The position numbers were made by a program, and so were the translations under genes. A DNA stretch of 42,739 nucleotides from an uncultured Candidatus Bathyarchaeia archaeon (GTDB lineage: Archaea; Thermoproteota; Bathyarchaeia; 40CM-2-53-6; DTGE01): positions 1 through 42,739 of the forward strand of contig CAZAXO010000002.1 of the NCBI GenBank assembly GCA_964489085.1, written 5' to 3'. Below the pieces are notes generated by a model. That model saw only the letters and a program-made list of their open reading frames with translations. It had not been told where the DNA came from and made no database searches. Positions 1-7,829 of the stretch are shown one piece after another. Numbering within the stretch: the stretch's first letter is position 1; the number at the start of each line of letters is the position of its first letter.

Positions 1-630
1 ATGCTAGAACAGATGCAAATTAGTACAACTTTCTTCATACCAGGATGGACGGCTGACAACCACAAAACCTCAGTTAAAGAAATACTAATGAGGGGGCATG
101 AGATAGGCACTCATGGCTATATGCATGAGAAAATAACTGAGGTGAGCTGGGATGCTGAGAGATCTATATTTAACAGATCCATGAAGAGCCTTAAGGCATT
201 GGGGGCTAATCCTGTTGGGTACAGGGCGCCTTACTGGTTGGTGAGCGATAGAACGATAGGACATCTTAAACGCCTTGGTTTTAAGTATTCAAGTAATTTC
301 ATGGACGACGACATGCCTTACATGCTCAATTGGCGCGGAAAGGAAACTGGCCTCGTGGAACTTCCAGTGGAGTGGCTTCTTGATGACTGGCCCCACTTCG
401 AGACGGCCCGTATGAGTCCCGACGATGTTTATAGACTCTGGAAGCCAGAGTTTGATGGACTCTATGAGCTGGGTCGGTACTTTGGGTTGACCTGCCACCC
501 AGGATGTATTGGACGTGTTAGCAGACTGGTGATGCTTGAAAAGCTACTCAAAGGAGCTCGTGATAAGGGAGACGTCTGGTTTCCCTGTGGGAAAGAGCTG
601 TCAGACTGGGTTAGAGAGATACTATCCTAA
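1..630 (+). CDS. Polysaccharide deacetylase (NodB/CE4 family), 5' end cut by window edge
   Basis: The ORF is open from base 1. CE4-type motifs occur in the expected order: 'FFIPGW..D', 'RGHEIGTHGYMHE' (His-His metal motif) and 'GYRAPYW'. Confidence 0.8.
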   Translation: MLEQMQISTTFFIPGWTADNHKTSVKEILMRGHEIGTHGYMHEKITEVSWDAERSIFNRSMKSLKALGANPVGYRAPYWLVSDRTIGHLKRLGFKYSSNFMDDDMPYMLNWRGKETGLVELPVEWLLDDWPHFETARMSPDDVYRLWKPEFDGLYELGRYFGLTCHPGCIGRVSRLVMLEKLLKGARDKGDVWFPCGKELSDWVREILS

Positions 631-749
631 CTTTACATTGCAACGCTGGATAGTAAATATGCTAATTTTTTTATACCTTATTTTAATACATACAATGATA
701 TGATATTTTTCCTTAAAGAATAATATTGTGTTATTGCATTGATGTTTTG

Positions 750-1166
750 ATGTACGCCCTCGGACACCTTGCTATAGGCTACTTCGCTGCCTCATCGATA
801 GAAAAAATAAAAGGCAACCTCCAGAAAATACTCATTGTATGGTTTTTCTCCTTATTACATGATATTGACATACTGTTACCTTTCACGAGCCACCGGGGAG
901 CCACACATAGCCTCGTAGCTATATCAATCTTGATGATAGCGAGCCTGTTTCGGCGATGATTTCTATCATATACTATCGCCTATGATAGTCACATACTCGT
1001 AGGCGACTTATTCACAAGCGGAAGCCTTCTATTCTGGCCAATAAGAAACCATTACATTGGTTTTCGCCTTCTTATTCAACCTTCTCCGATAGAGACCACC
1101 GTCGAGGTTACCTTGTTCATAACAATGTTGTTATCACTTCTGGTAAACGAAGTTAATCAAGCGTAA
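750..1166 (+). pseudogene. DUF457/YdjM-like membrane-bound metal-dependent hydrolase paralogue with one in-frame TGA
   Basis: It is a paralogue of 10063..10512, sharing the blocks 'L(H/P)D.D(I/L)LL....HRG(A/P)THS' and 'GDLFT.G..LFWP'. The frame runs unbroken from ATG 750 to TAA 1164-1166 except for TGA at 957-959. The length between conserved blocks matches the paralogue to within 1 residue. Confidence 0.7.
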
Positions 1167-1523
1167 GAGCGTACGCTAAAATTATCCTGATGAACACTAT
1201 TGGATCCTACAAATGGATGAGAAAAATAGAGATATTTGATACAATTACTGAAATCTCAAATAACAGTCTTTCAATGTAAGTTGCAGGGACTAGTAAGCTA
1301 ATCTAATGGAGAATGGTTTGGCACAAGTTATGTGAGTGTTTGATTCGATGCACTTCAGATTCCATTGCTAATTAATTGATTATGAAAAGATACCAATGAA
1401 TATAACAAATTAATATCACTTAAAGTTCACGTTGATATATTCTTCAGGATTTTCTCTAAAATAATTTTATATCATGGAACTCTTTTCGATATGCTTTTTC
1501 AGTTCGCCTTATTACTCTAATGT

Positions 1524-1769
1524 ATGAAATATTGGTTAAATGTTGACCTATCCACTGGAATCGCTAAACTGCACGAAGAGACGTGTATTTACTGTAAACC
1601 CTATGATCAGCACAGTAAACCTATCAATGATACTAATAGTAGAGGTGGGTGGTTTAAGTTCGAATCAACAGAAGAAGCACACCGATTTTACAAGGAAGAT
1701 ATATTTACTCTATTCTGGCAGCCATGTAAAATCTGTAATCCATTTAAATCTTTGGCACCCAATAAATAA
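1524..1769 (+). CDS. Small hypothetical protein with two CxxC pairs (zinc-ribbon-like)
   Basis: 81-aa ORF with C21xxC24 and C68xxC71. It is preferred over the overlapping alternative-frame ORF 1540..1785, which has low-complexity, non-protein-like composition. Confidence 0.35.
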   Translation: MKYWLNVDLSTGIAKLHEETCIYCKPYDQHSKPINDTNSRGGWFKFESTEEAHRFYKEDIFTLFWQPCKICNPFKSLAPNK

Positions 1770-1879
1770 CTATATTATACTTTAACGAGTGACTTACGAT
1801 CTTATTAAGAGACGCTATTCAAATAAGTTCTTGATTTCATTTGTGTTTATTTTAGGAGGTTAGAGCGTTTTCATTTTAG

Positions 1880-2125
1880 CTATGTTGCTCTTTTCAAATA
1901 TTCCTTGGTCTCGGCTTCGCTTTTCTTTGGTTTGTAGATTCCCCTTTGCCCTCCTTTACCCGTGATGTGTTCAACCTTTAACAAGTTGTTTTCCACACAG
2001 TCATTGAGAAAGTTGATTGTGCTGGCAGTCGAAATATTGGTAGTTCACACTGCATCTAATACTTCTAGTCAATCCTTCATCGACATCTAAAGCCTTAAGT
2101 GCCTGTACTTGATAGTTTTTAAAAA
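1880..2125 (-). pseudogene. Frameshifted remnant of a winged-helix (ArsR/TrmB/MarR-like) DNA-binding protein
   Basis: My own minus-strand translation gives '..YQVQALKALDVDEGLTRSIRCSVNYQ' in one frame. It continues in another frame as 'ISTASTINFLNDCVENNLLKVEHITGKGGQRGIYKPKKSEAETKEYLKRAT*'. Together these give an HTH plus wing pattern. No intact start was found, and one indel lies near 2040-2050. Confidence 0.3.
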
Positions 2126-2443
2126 ATATGAGTAATACGTTTTTAGTGGTATCCCTCTGGGGATTCGTATCACATTTAGGTGGAATTTAAAAATTATATG
2201 ATAATAAGAAGTATGTTATTAAATAACTAATATTTATGTTTGAGTGTGATACAGTTTGATTATAGAGAAATACCTTAAAACCAATATTTTTATAAAAAAA
2301 TATTAATTATTTATTAAGTTCACACATATTACATTGATTAAAAACAATATATTTTCAATAAATAATAAAGATTATATACATAGAATGGTGATCCATAAGA
2401 TTATGTACAACAATGTTGACAATGGAAAAACAAATTGAGTAAA

Positions 2444-2449
2444 GGTGAT
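2444..2449 (+). promoter_or_regulatory. Shine-Dalgarno-like GGTGAT upstream of glmS
   Basis: 'aaaGGTGATttaaATG': the purine-rich element is complementary to the 16S 3' end and sits 4-5 nt before ATG 2454. Confidence 0.5.
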
Positions 2450-2453
2450 TTAA

Positions 2454-4235
2454 ATGTGTGGAATATTCGGTTACATGGGGTATAGACGGGCTGCGAAGAT
2501 AATTTTTAACGGCTTGAAGAGACTCGAGTATCGTGGATATGACTCGGCAGGAATAGCCGTGGCGGGAAGCGAAAATGGGTTAATGATACTAAAAGATGTT
2601 GGAAGAGTTGATGAGATAAACGAGAAACATGATTTTCTATCATTACATGGAGATTATGGTTTTGGGCATACACGTTGGGCAACACATGGCGGTGTCACCC
2701 AAAAGAACGCTCACCCGCATACCTCAAACAACGGTAAGGTCGTCGTTATCCATAATGGCATAGTTGAAAATTACCAAGAAATTAAAAAAACGTTAACAAA
2801 GGAAGGCTTTCAATTCTATAGTGAAACGGACACAGAAACCATACCTAACCTTATAGAGTATGAAATGCGGAAAGGCAAAGACTTCACGTCGGCGTCAATG
2901 GACGCTTTCAGACAGCTTCAAGGTTACTATGCTGTACTTGCCTTGTATGAGGACGAACGAAAAATAATAGGGTCACGAAATGGCTCCCCCCTTGTCGTGG
3001 GAATCGGTAACGATGAAAACTTTATAGCTAGTGACATCCCGGCGTTTATCGAACACACTAAGAAAGTAATCTATATTCATGACAACGACTTTATTGTTAT
3101 TGACGGAATAAAAAACGAAGTAAAATTCTATAACACGATCAACAGCGAAAAAGTGTCCAGGCCGATTCACAGCGTAGATTGGGACCTTGAACAAGCTCAA
3201 AAAGGTAACTTTGACCACTTCATGATGAAGGAGATCACAGAACAAGTCGATACAGTAAAAAGTGCCATCAACCAAGACAAAGAGACTCTTTTCAAAGTCG
3301 CAGAAGAGATACAAAAAGCTAAAGGAGTGTTCCTAGTCGCGTGCGGAAGTTCTTATCATGCATGTCTTACAGCAAGCTATCTATTCTCGAAGGTAGCCAC
3401 AATGCACGTTAACGTGATCCTTGGCTCAGAGTTCAGTAATTATGAGCATTTCCTGACACCAGAAACACTAGTATTATCTGTCTCTCAGAGTGGAGAGACA
3501 ATAGATGTGCTCGACGCTGTAAGAACGGCGCGAAAGAAGGGAAGCAAGGTCATATCCATCGTAAACGTAGTTGGGTCATCATTACATAGAAACTCCGATT
3601 TCTCTCTCCTGTTGAATGCTGGCCCAGAGATATGCGTATTATCCACAAAAACATACACTGCGCAACTCACTGTGTTATCTCTACTCGTATATACTTTAGC
3701 TGGAAGATATGAGGAAGGAGTTAAGAAGCTCGAATACCTATGGAATGTAATCTACAACTTAACTTCGGCAAACTCGAGGGATTATATCCGTGAGCTAGCA
3801 AGGATACTACAATACAAGGAACACATCTTTACCATCGGACGAGGACTGCAATTCCCAACGGCGCTAGAGGCAGCATTGAAAATAAAAGAAGTATCATATA
3901 TCCATGCTGAAGGATTCAGTGGTGGAGAACTGAAACACGGTACAATAGCTCTTATAGAGAAAGGTACTCCTTGCATAGTTTTTAGCGCAAAAGACAACGA
4001 AAAAGAGATCATATCAAATGCTATGGAGATAAAAGCTCGTGGAGGATACATCATAGGTATAAACAGTAAGAACAACGAAGTATTCGATTTCTTTATCAAG
4101 GTACCCGATGTCAAGGAACTTAATCCAGTTACTCAAATAATTCCAATACAGATACTATCATATCAATTAGCCGTCCTAAGAGGCTGCGACCCCGACAAGC
4201 CGCGCAACTTAGCAAAAAGCGTAACAGTGAAATAA
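2454..4235 (+). CDS. glmS: Glutamine--fructose-6-phosphate aminotransferase (isomerizing)
   Basis: 593 aa with an N-terminal 'MCGIFGY' (Ntn Cys2 amidotransferase), two SIS-domain regions ('ACGSSYHA', 'SQSGETIDVL') and a C-terminal '..NLAKSVTVK' typical of GlmS. Confidence 0.97.
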   Translation: MCGIFGYMGYRRAAKIIFNGLKRLEYRGYDSAGIAVAGSENGLMILKDVGRVDEINEKHDFLSLHGDYGFGHTRWATHGGVTQKNAHPHTSNNGKVVVIHNGIVENYQEIKKTLTKEGFQFYSETDTETIPNLIEYEMRKGKDFTSASMDAFRQLQGYYAVLALYEDERKIIGSRNGSPLVVGIGNDENFIASDIPAFIEHTKKVIYIHDNDFIVIDGIKNEVKFYNTINSEKVSRPIHSVDWDLEQAQKGNFDHFMMKEITEQVDTVKSAINQDKETLFKVAEEIQKAKGVFLVACGSSYHACLTASYLFSKVATMHVNVILGSEFSNYEHFLTPETLVLSVSQSGETIDVLDAVRTARKKGSKVISIVNVVGSSLHRNSDFSLLLNAGPEICVLSTKTYTAQLTVLSLLVYTLAGRYEEGVKKLEYLWNVIYNLTSANSRDYIRELARILQYKEHIFTIGRGLQFPTALEAALKIKEVSYIHAEGFSGGELKHGTIALIEKGTPCIVFSAKDNEKEIISNAMEIKARGGYIIGINSKNNEVFDFFIKVPDVKELNPVTQIIPIQILSYQLAVLRGCDPDKPRNLAKSVTVK

Positions 4236-4250
4236 CATAGAAAATACCAC

Positions 4251-4256
4251 TTTTTT
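4251..4256 (+). terminator. Oligo-T tract downstream of glmS (archaeal-type termination signal candidate)
   Basis: A T6 run lies 16 nt after the glmS stop codon. No strong hairpin is needed for archaeal termination. Confidence 0.25.
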
Positions 4257-4708
4257 AATAAATAAGACGTTTGCCGAATTAATTCATTTTTGTATCGAGG
4301 ATATTAAATTACCTATAAGAGTCAGGGTCACTATTCAAATAAAAAATTCTATGCGTCTATAATATTACAAATATTTTTCTCTCAACAATCTCTAATCCAA
4401 TAAAAATAACTTAATTGTTTCTTTTGAGAAATGAAATAATTAATACATCAAGAGTTAAATACATATTATAAGCATAGAATCACATTTATCCATGACTTTT
4501 CTTAATCATATGAACTGCTGAAGTAACTCATTGCATTAATACTGTAATCATAGATTATGTTTTTCTCCCAATATTGCTTTATAGTCATTAAATTTTTTTT
4601 GTGTTTACATTAAGTTACTATATCATAAATATTTATTTAATTAAAATTAAACTATTATCTGCTGCTCATTTATTATTATTACTTATTACCATTATAGAAT
4701 TAAGAACT

Positions 4709-5026
4709 ATGAAAATTTTAAACATCCAAAGAATCGTATTTATAATTTATGGTATAGGTCTAATATTAGATCATCTTACAACAACTGCTGGTATTAGCGT
4801 TTTTAGGCTTCAAGAAACTAATCAACTTACGTTTTCATTGATAAGAAATGGTTTATGGATGTATCTAGATATACTATTATTTATTTCAATTATTTTAATA
4901 ATCAGATTATATTGGTATAGACTGACGACTGAAGATAACAATATTATTCTAGTGTTTCCATTCATATCGGGTTTTGTAAGAATAATTGCAGGAATATGGA
5001 ACATTGTCATATTATTAAATATATAA
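4709..5026 (+). CDS. Small integral membrane protein, DUF5658-like
   Basis: The ATG at 4709 lies inside track ORF 4601..5026. There are 3-4 hydrophobic helices, and the 'LDHLTTTAGI....ETNQL' pattern resembles the D..T...E.N motif of the DUF5658 family (recalled from memory). Confidence 0.5.
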   Translation: MKILNIQRIVFIIYGIGLILDHLTTTAGISVFRLQETNQLTFSLIRNGLWMYLDILLFISIILIIRLYWYRLTTEDNNIILVFPFISGFVRIIAGIWNIVILLNI

Positions 5027-5416
5027 AAAGTAAGGCCGTCCTGCTTTATATAATATATTTTAATTTAAGATCAATGTGAACTTGAGTTTTATTAAAGAAA
5101 CATTTGTTAGAGACATTATGCAGCTGATAAAGTATTTTTAACATCATACAATGCAAGCCAAATATTTTGGATCATTTATTCAGTAATCCAGGGAAATTAG
5201 TAAGCTTATATAGAAACAGCTGGGACCGAGGGCGCAATAACGTTGACGAATAAAGTAAGTTGCTTACCAATCTCTCATGTTCAAGTATTAGAGTATTTTT
5301 AATTTCTTTAAGTGGTCATTTAACGAGAGGAATATTCTTAAGAAATATAATACTAGAATCATGTTACATAATCCTCTAAAAATACCTTCAACAGAGTCCG
5401 ACCTGAGACTAAAGAC

Positions 5417-5641
5417 GTGGGCAGATCAAAATCGAATACAAAAACGGTTCTCCTTGCCACTAGAGTCACACCTAAGATTAACGAGTTAATAAAGCAGATG
5501 GCCTACAGAGAGGGGCTTTATGTTTCAGAGTGGATAAGAACGGTCCTTATTGGGGAGTTGAAGAAAAGCGGTCTTTTATCAACAAAATTAATTGATCCCA
5601 CATATAATAAAAAGCCTGAGATAGGTATCGATGATTTATAA
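5417..5641 (+). CDS. Ribbon-helix-helix (CopG/Arc/MetJ-like) DNA-binding protein
   Basis: 74 aa with a GTG start. 'KTVLLATRVTPKINELIKQMAYREGLYVSEWIRTVLIGEL' fits the beta-strand/helix/helix RHH layout. No toxin partner lies adjacent. Confidence 0.55.
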   Translation: MGRSKSNTKTVLLATRVTPKINELIKQMAYREGLYVSEWIRTVLIGELKKSGLLSTKLIDPTYNKKPEIGIDDL

Positions 5642-6048
5642 TATCCCAATATAAATCTTAAAAAGGATATATCATAACCTAAAGAAACAATATAGTTATT
5701 TCCTTAAATTTATAAAAAGTATCAATTTTTAAAAAGATAGTTATGAAATAAAAATAATTAGTGATAGTTAAAAAATGCGTTATTATTATACGTAAAACAT
5801 ATGAGTTTAAACTTAAAAATATGGTAAAGATTTTTTTTATTTATAAAAGAAATATGTGTGTTCATCACATCTTTATTCATCATAAATAAAACTAAATTAC
5901 TTTAAAACCATAATTTAAAAAAATAAATATGGGTTATAATTTAAAAACAATTGCAATATTGTGAAACGTTCTTTTAAGTTATCCTTTAAAATCCTTATTT
6001 TTAAGGAATAATATTTAAATTATAGCACTATTTAATAGTGAACGGATG

Positions 6049-6062
6049 TGATAATTTAAAAA
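6049..6062 (+). promoter_or_regulatory. TATA-box-like element upstream of 6088 gene (third copy of ATAATTTAAAAA motif)
   Basis: 'tgATAATTTAAAAAga' lies about 26-38 nt upstream of ATG 6088, a spacing consistent with an archaeal TATA box and a short or absent leader. Confidence 0.3.
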
Positions 6063-6087
6063 GAACATTAGCAACATACTTTCATAG

Positions 6088-6607
6088 ATGACACCCATAA
6101 ATAGCAAACAAAAGTATCTATCACTAATACTATTAACAATTGTAGTCACCATAGGATCACTATCTGTAACTGGACTTCTCCAGTCCATTGAAAAAATTAC
6201 ATCATCGGGAGTAATTGTCAGAAATCCACCCATGATTATTAGTAGTGGAGGCGGAGGTACACCGCAAAGTCCGCCTCCGGAGCCCAAAGTTGAGATAGAT
6301 GTTTTCACAGATAGAGAATGTACACGGAAGTTAACCGAAGTCATTTGGGGTGAGATAGGGTCTGGCGATGGGAAAAATAAAAAAAAATATGTCAAAAAAC
6401 AGTGGCGATGTGGGCGTTGTTTTAAGTCTGGCTACGGAAAACTGGAGTCCAAGTAATGCTACTGATCACATCTGGCTTGACTGGAATTATGATGGTTCGA
6501 TGTTAATGGCGGGTAGCATAAAAGAGATTGTGCTTACATTGTCTGTGAGTGGTGATTGTCCAGAAATCCATGAGTTTAACTTCGATATAATAATTGTAGC
6601 ATCGTAA
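6088..6607 (+). pseudogene. Secreted/anchored beta-sandwich protein (paralogue of 7297..7821), interrupted by a +1 frameshift in an A6 run
   Basis: Track ORFs 6088..6456 and 6368..6607 together align colinearly with the 7246..7821 protein ('GSLSVTGLLQS', 'PPPEP.VEID', 'VIWGEI', 'GVVLSL.TENWSP'). Removing one A from 6394-6399 restores '..YVKNSGDVGVVLSLATENWSP'. Confidence 0.75.
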
Positions 6608-6640
6608 ACAGTGATAATAACGTTAATAGATATTTTTTGA

Positions 6641-7105
6641 TTAGCCAGTTCCTTCGATGATTATTTGGAACGAGAATGTATCAATTCCCGTAATACTGTT
6701 TGAGACGCCGAGAGTTATTGTAGTTTCAACTACCTCGTCTGGAGATAAAACAGAACTTTCCCTATCCCAACTAACGGTTAGATAGTTAGATGCAGCCGCA
6801 GGTGTCCAGTTGGTAGTTGCCAAGTGTAAAGTCATATCTGCGTTTCCTAGGTTTTTCACGTATAGAGTCTTTGTCACTAAATCTCCAGGCTCGGGAGTGC
6901 CCCAGTCTATAGAAGACGACGCTTGGGTGCAGCCAATATCATCATATACACCAACATTAATTGCTTTGATAGAGCCGCTGCTACTCAGTGTTTTAGAGGC
7001 AGATAATAGGCCTGAAACACCTATACTGGTTATTGTTGAGATTATTATTAATCCTAAGATTGTAGCTTTATTGGATTGTCTCAGGTTGTTGATTTTCAAT
7101 CTCAT
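6641..7105 (-). CDS. Secreted/anchored beta-sandwich (CARDB-like) protein, third member of local paralogue family
   Basis: 154 aa with an N-terminal hydrophobic segment followed by 'GLLSASKTLSSSGSI'. Next come 'IDWGTPEPGD..TLYVKNLGNADMTLHLATTNWTP..LTVSWD' and a C-terminal 'FSFQIIIEG', all colinear with the two plus-strand paralogues. Confidence 0.85.
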   Translation of the reverse strand: MRLKINNLRQSNKATILGLIIISTITSIGVSGLLSASKTLSSSGSIKAINVGVYDDIGCTQASSSIDWGTPEPGDLVTKTLYVKNLGNADMTLHLATTNWTPAAASNYLTVSWDRESSVLSPDEVVETTITLGVSNSITGIDTFSFQIIIEGTG

Positions 7106-7108
7106 ACC

Positions 7109-7127
7109 GATGGATCATGAATCCATC
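7109..7127. promoter_or_regulatory. Perfect 7-bp inverted repeat GATGGAT-n5-ATCCATC directly upstream of the start of 6641..7105
   Basis: The sequence reads 'GATGGATcatgaATCCATC', 3 nt from the minus-strand ATG (7103-7105). It is followed on the plus strand by TTTTT. It could be an operator or a 5'-leader hairpin. Confidence 0.3.
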
Positions 7128-7296
7128 TTTTTCATAAAAACGATTATGGAAAGTGAATATCTACATAACCAAACATATAATAGATACTTATTTAACTACA
7201 TCAGATGTTCATTAAATATATAATAAAGATATTATCTGATAAGATGTGTTTCTATTCAATAAACAATTAAAATTCTGTCAAGTAAGACAAAGCGGT

Positions 7297-7821
7297 ATGA
7301 CAACAGGAAGTAATCAACATAAGATATTCGCAATAATCATTATATCTGCATGCTTTACAATTGGCTCTCTATCTGTTACTGGACTTCTCCAATCAACTGA
7401 AACATTTAGTTCATCTGGAGTTATAGTCGCCCCTTCCCTTCCTCCCGCTGGTTCGGGGGGAAGCCCTCCAAGTACCCCCTCGCCTCCTCCTCCAGAGCCA
7501 ACCGTCGAGATCGATATATACAGTGATCAAGCATGCACACAACCGCTTACAAATGTCATATGGGGGGAGATTGAAGCAGGAGACAGTTCTTCAGAGACCA
7601 TTTATGTAAAAAACAATGGTGAAACCGGGGTGGTTCTTAGCCTAGAAACCGAAAACTGGTCTCCTAGCGATTCACAAGATCATATGACTCTAGAATGGGA
7701 CTATGATGGTGTAAGCATTTCACCTGGTCAAGTGGTAGCAATAGTTCTAAACCTAAGCGTGGATGGCAGCGCACCGCCCATGTCGTCATTCAGCTTTGAT
7801 ATAGTGATTATAGGATCTTAA
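7297..7821 (+). CDS. Secreted/anchored beta-sandwich (CARDB-like) protein with Pro-rich linker
   Basis: The ATG at 7297 within track ORF 7246..7821 gives N-terminal 'MTTGSNQHKIFAIIIISACFTIGSLSVTGLLQS'. This is followed by the linker 'PPAGSGGSPPSTPSPPPPEP' and a beta-rich domain shared with 6088 and 6641. Confidence 0.85.
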   Translation: MTTGSNQHKIFAIIIISACFTIGSLSVTGLLQSTETFSSSGVIVAPSLPPAGSGGSPPSTPSPPPPEPTVEIDIYSDQACTQPLTNVIWGEIEAGDSSSETIYVKNNGETGVVLSLETENWSPSDSQDHMTLEWDYDGVSISPGQVVAIVLNLSVDGSAPPMSSFSFDIVIIGS

Positions 7822-7829
7822 TATGTTTA

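Noticed and set aside
1187-1251. Possible C/D-box sRNA, with TGATGA at 1188-1193, TGGATGA at 1214-1220 and CTGA at 1248-1251.
   Set aside because: Spacing does not fit the archaeal C-12nt-D'/C'-12nt-D layout. There is no CTGA 12 nt after the first box, there are 27 nt between C' and D, and there is no terminal stem.
1540-1785. Alternative-frame ORF overlapping 1524..1769.
   Set aside because: Only one of the two can be real. The 1524 frame has paired CxxC motifs and balanced composition, while the 1540 frame looks like frame noise. Both remain low confidence.
2100-2453. A glmS ribozyme or riboswitch upstream of glmS.
   Set aside because: The region is almost pure A/T with no conserved pseudoknotted core. 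The glmS ribozyme is a bacterial (mainly Gram-positive) element, whereas this looks like an ordinary archaeal promoter plus SD.
2973-4114. Antisense ORFs inside glmS (2973..3314, 3485..3670, 3782..4114), plus the similar 289..498 inside the first gene.
   Set aside because: They lie fully within, and opposite to, a high-confidence conserved CDS. The translations are low-complexity with no recognisable motifs.
4345-4483. A 9-bp inverted repeat, attctatgc (~4346-4354) paired with gcatagaat (~4472-4480), as possible MITE ends.
   Set aside because: It is very short and sits in about 80% A/T sequence, so it is expected by chance. There are no target-site duplications and no second copy.
6015-7223. 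ORFs 6015..6395 (-) and 6810..7223 (+), which lie antisense to the beta-sandwich paralogues.
   Set aside because: The sense frames are supported by three-way paralogue conservation. The antisense translations are not conserved between the copies.
6088-7821. Calling the three small paralogues canonical type IV pilins or archaellin-like proteins (class III signal peptide).
   Set aside because: The [K/R]-[G/A] cleavage motif immediately before the hydrophobic stretch is absent in two of the three ('HKIFAII', 'QKYLSLI') and atypical in the third ('NKATIL'). No prepilin peptidase or ATPase genes lie nearby.
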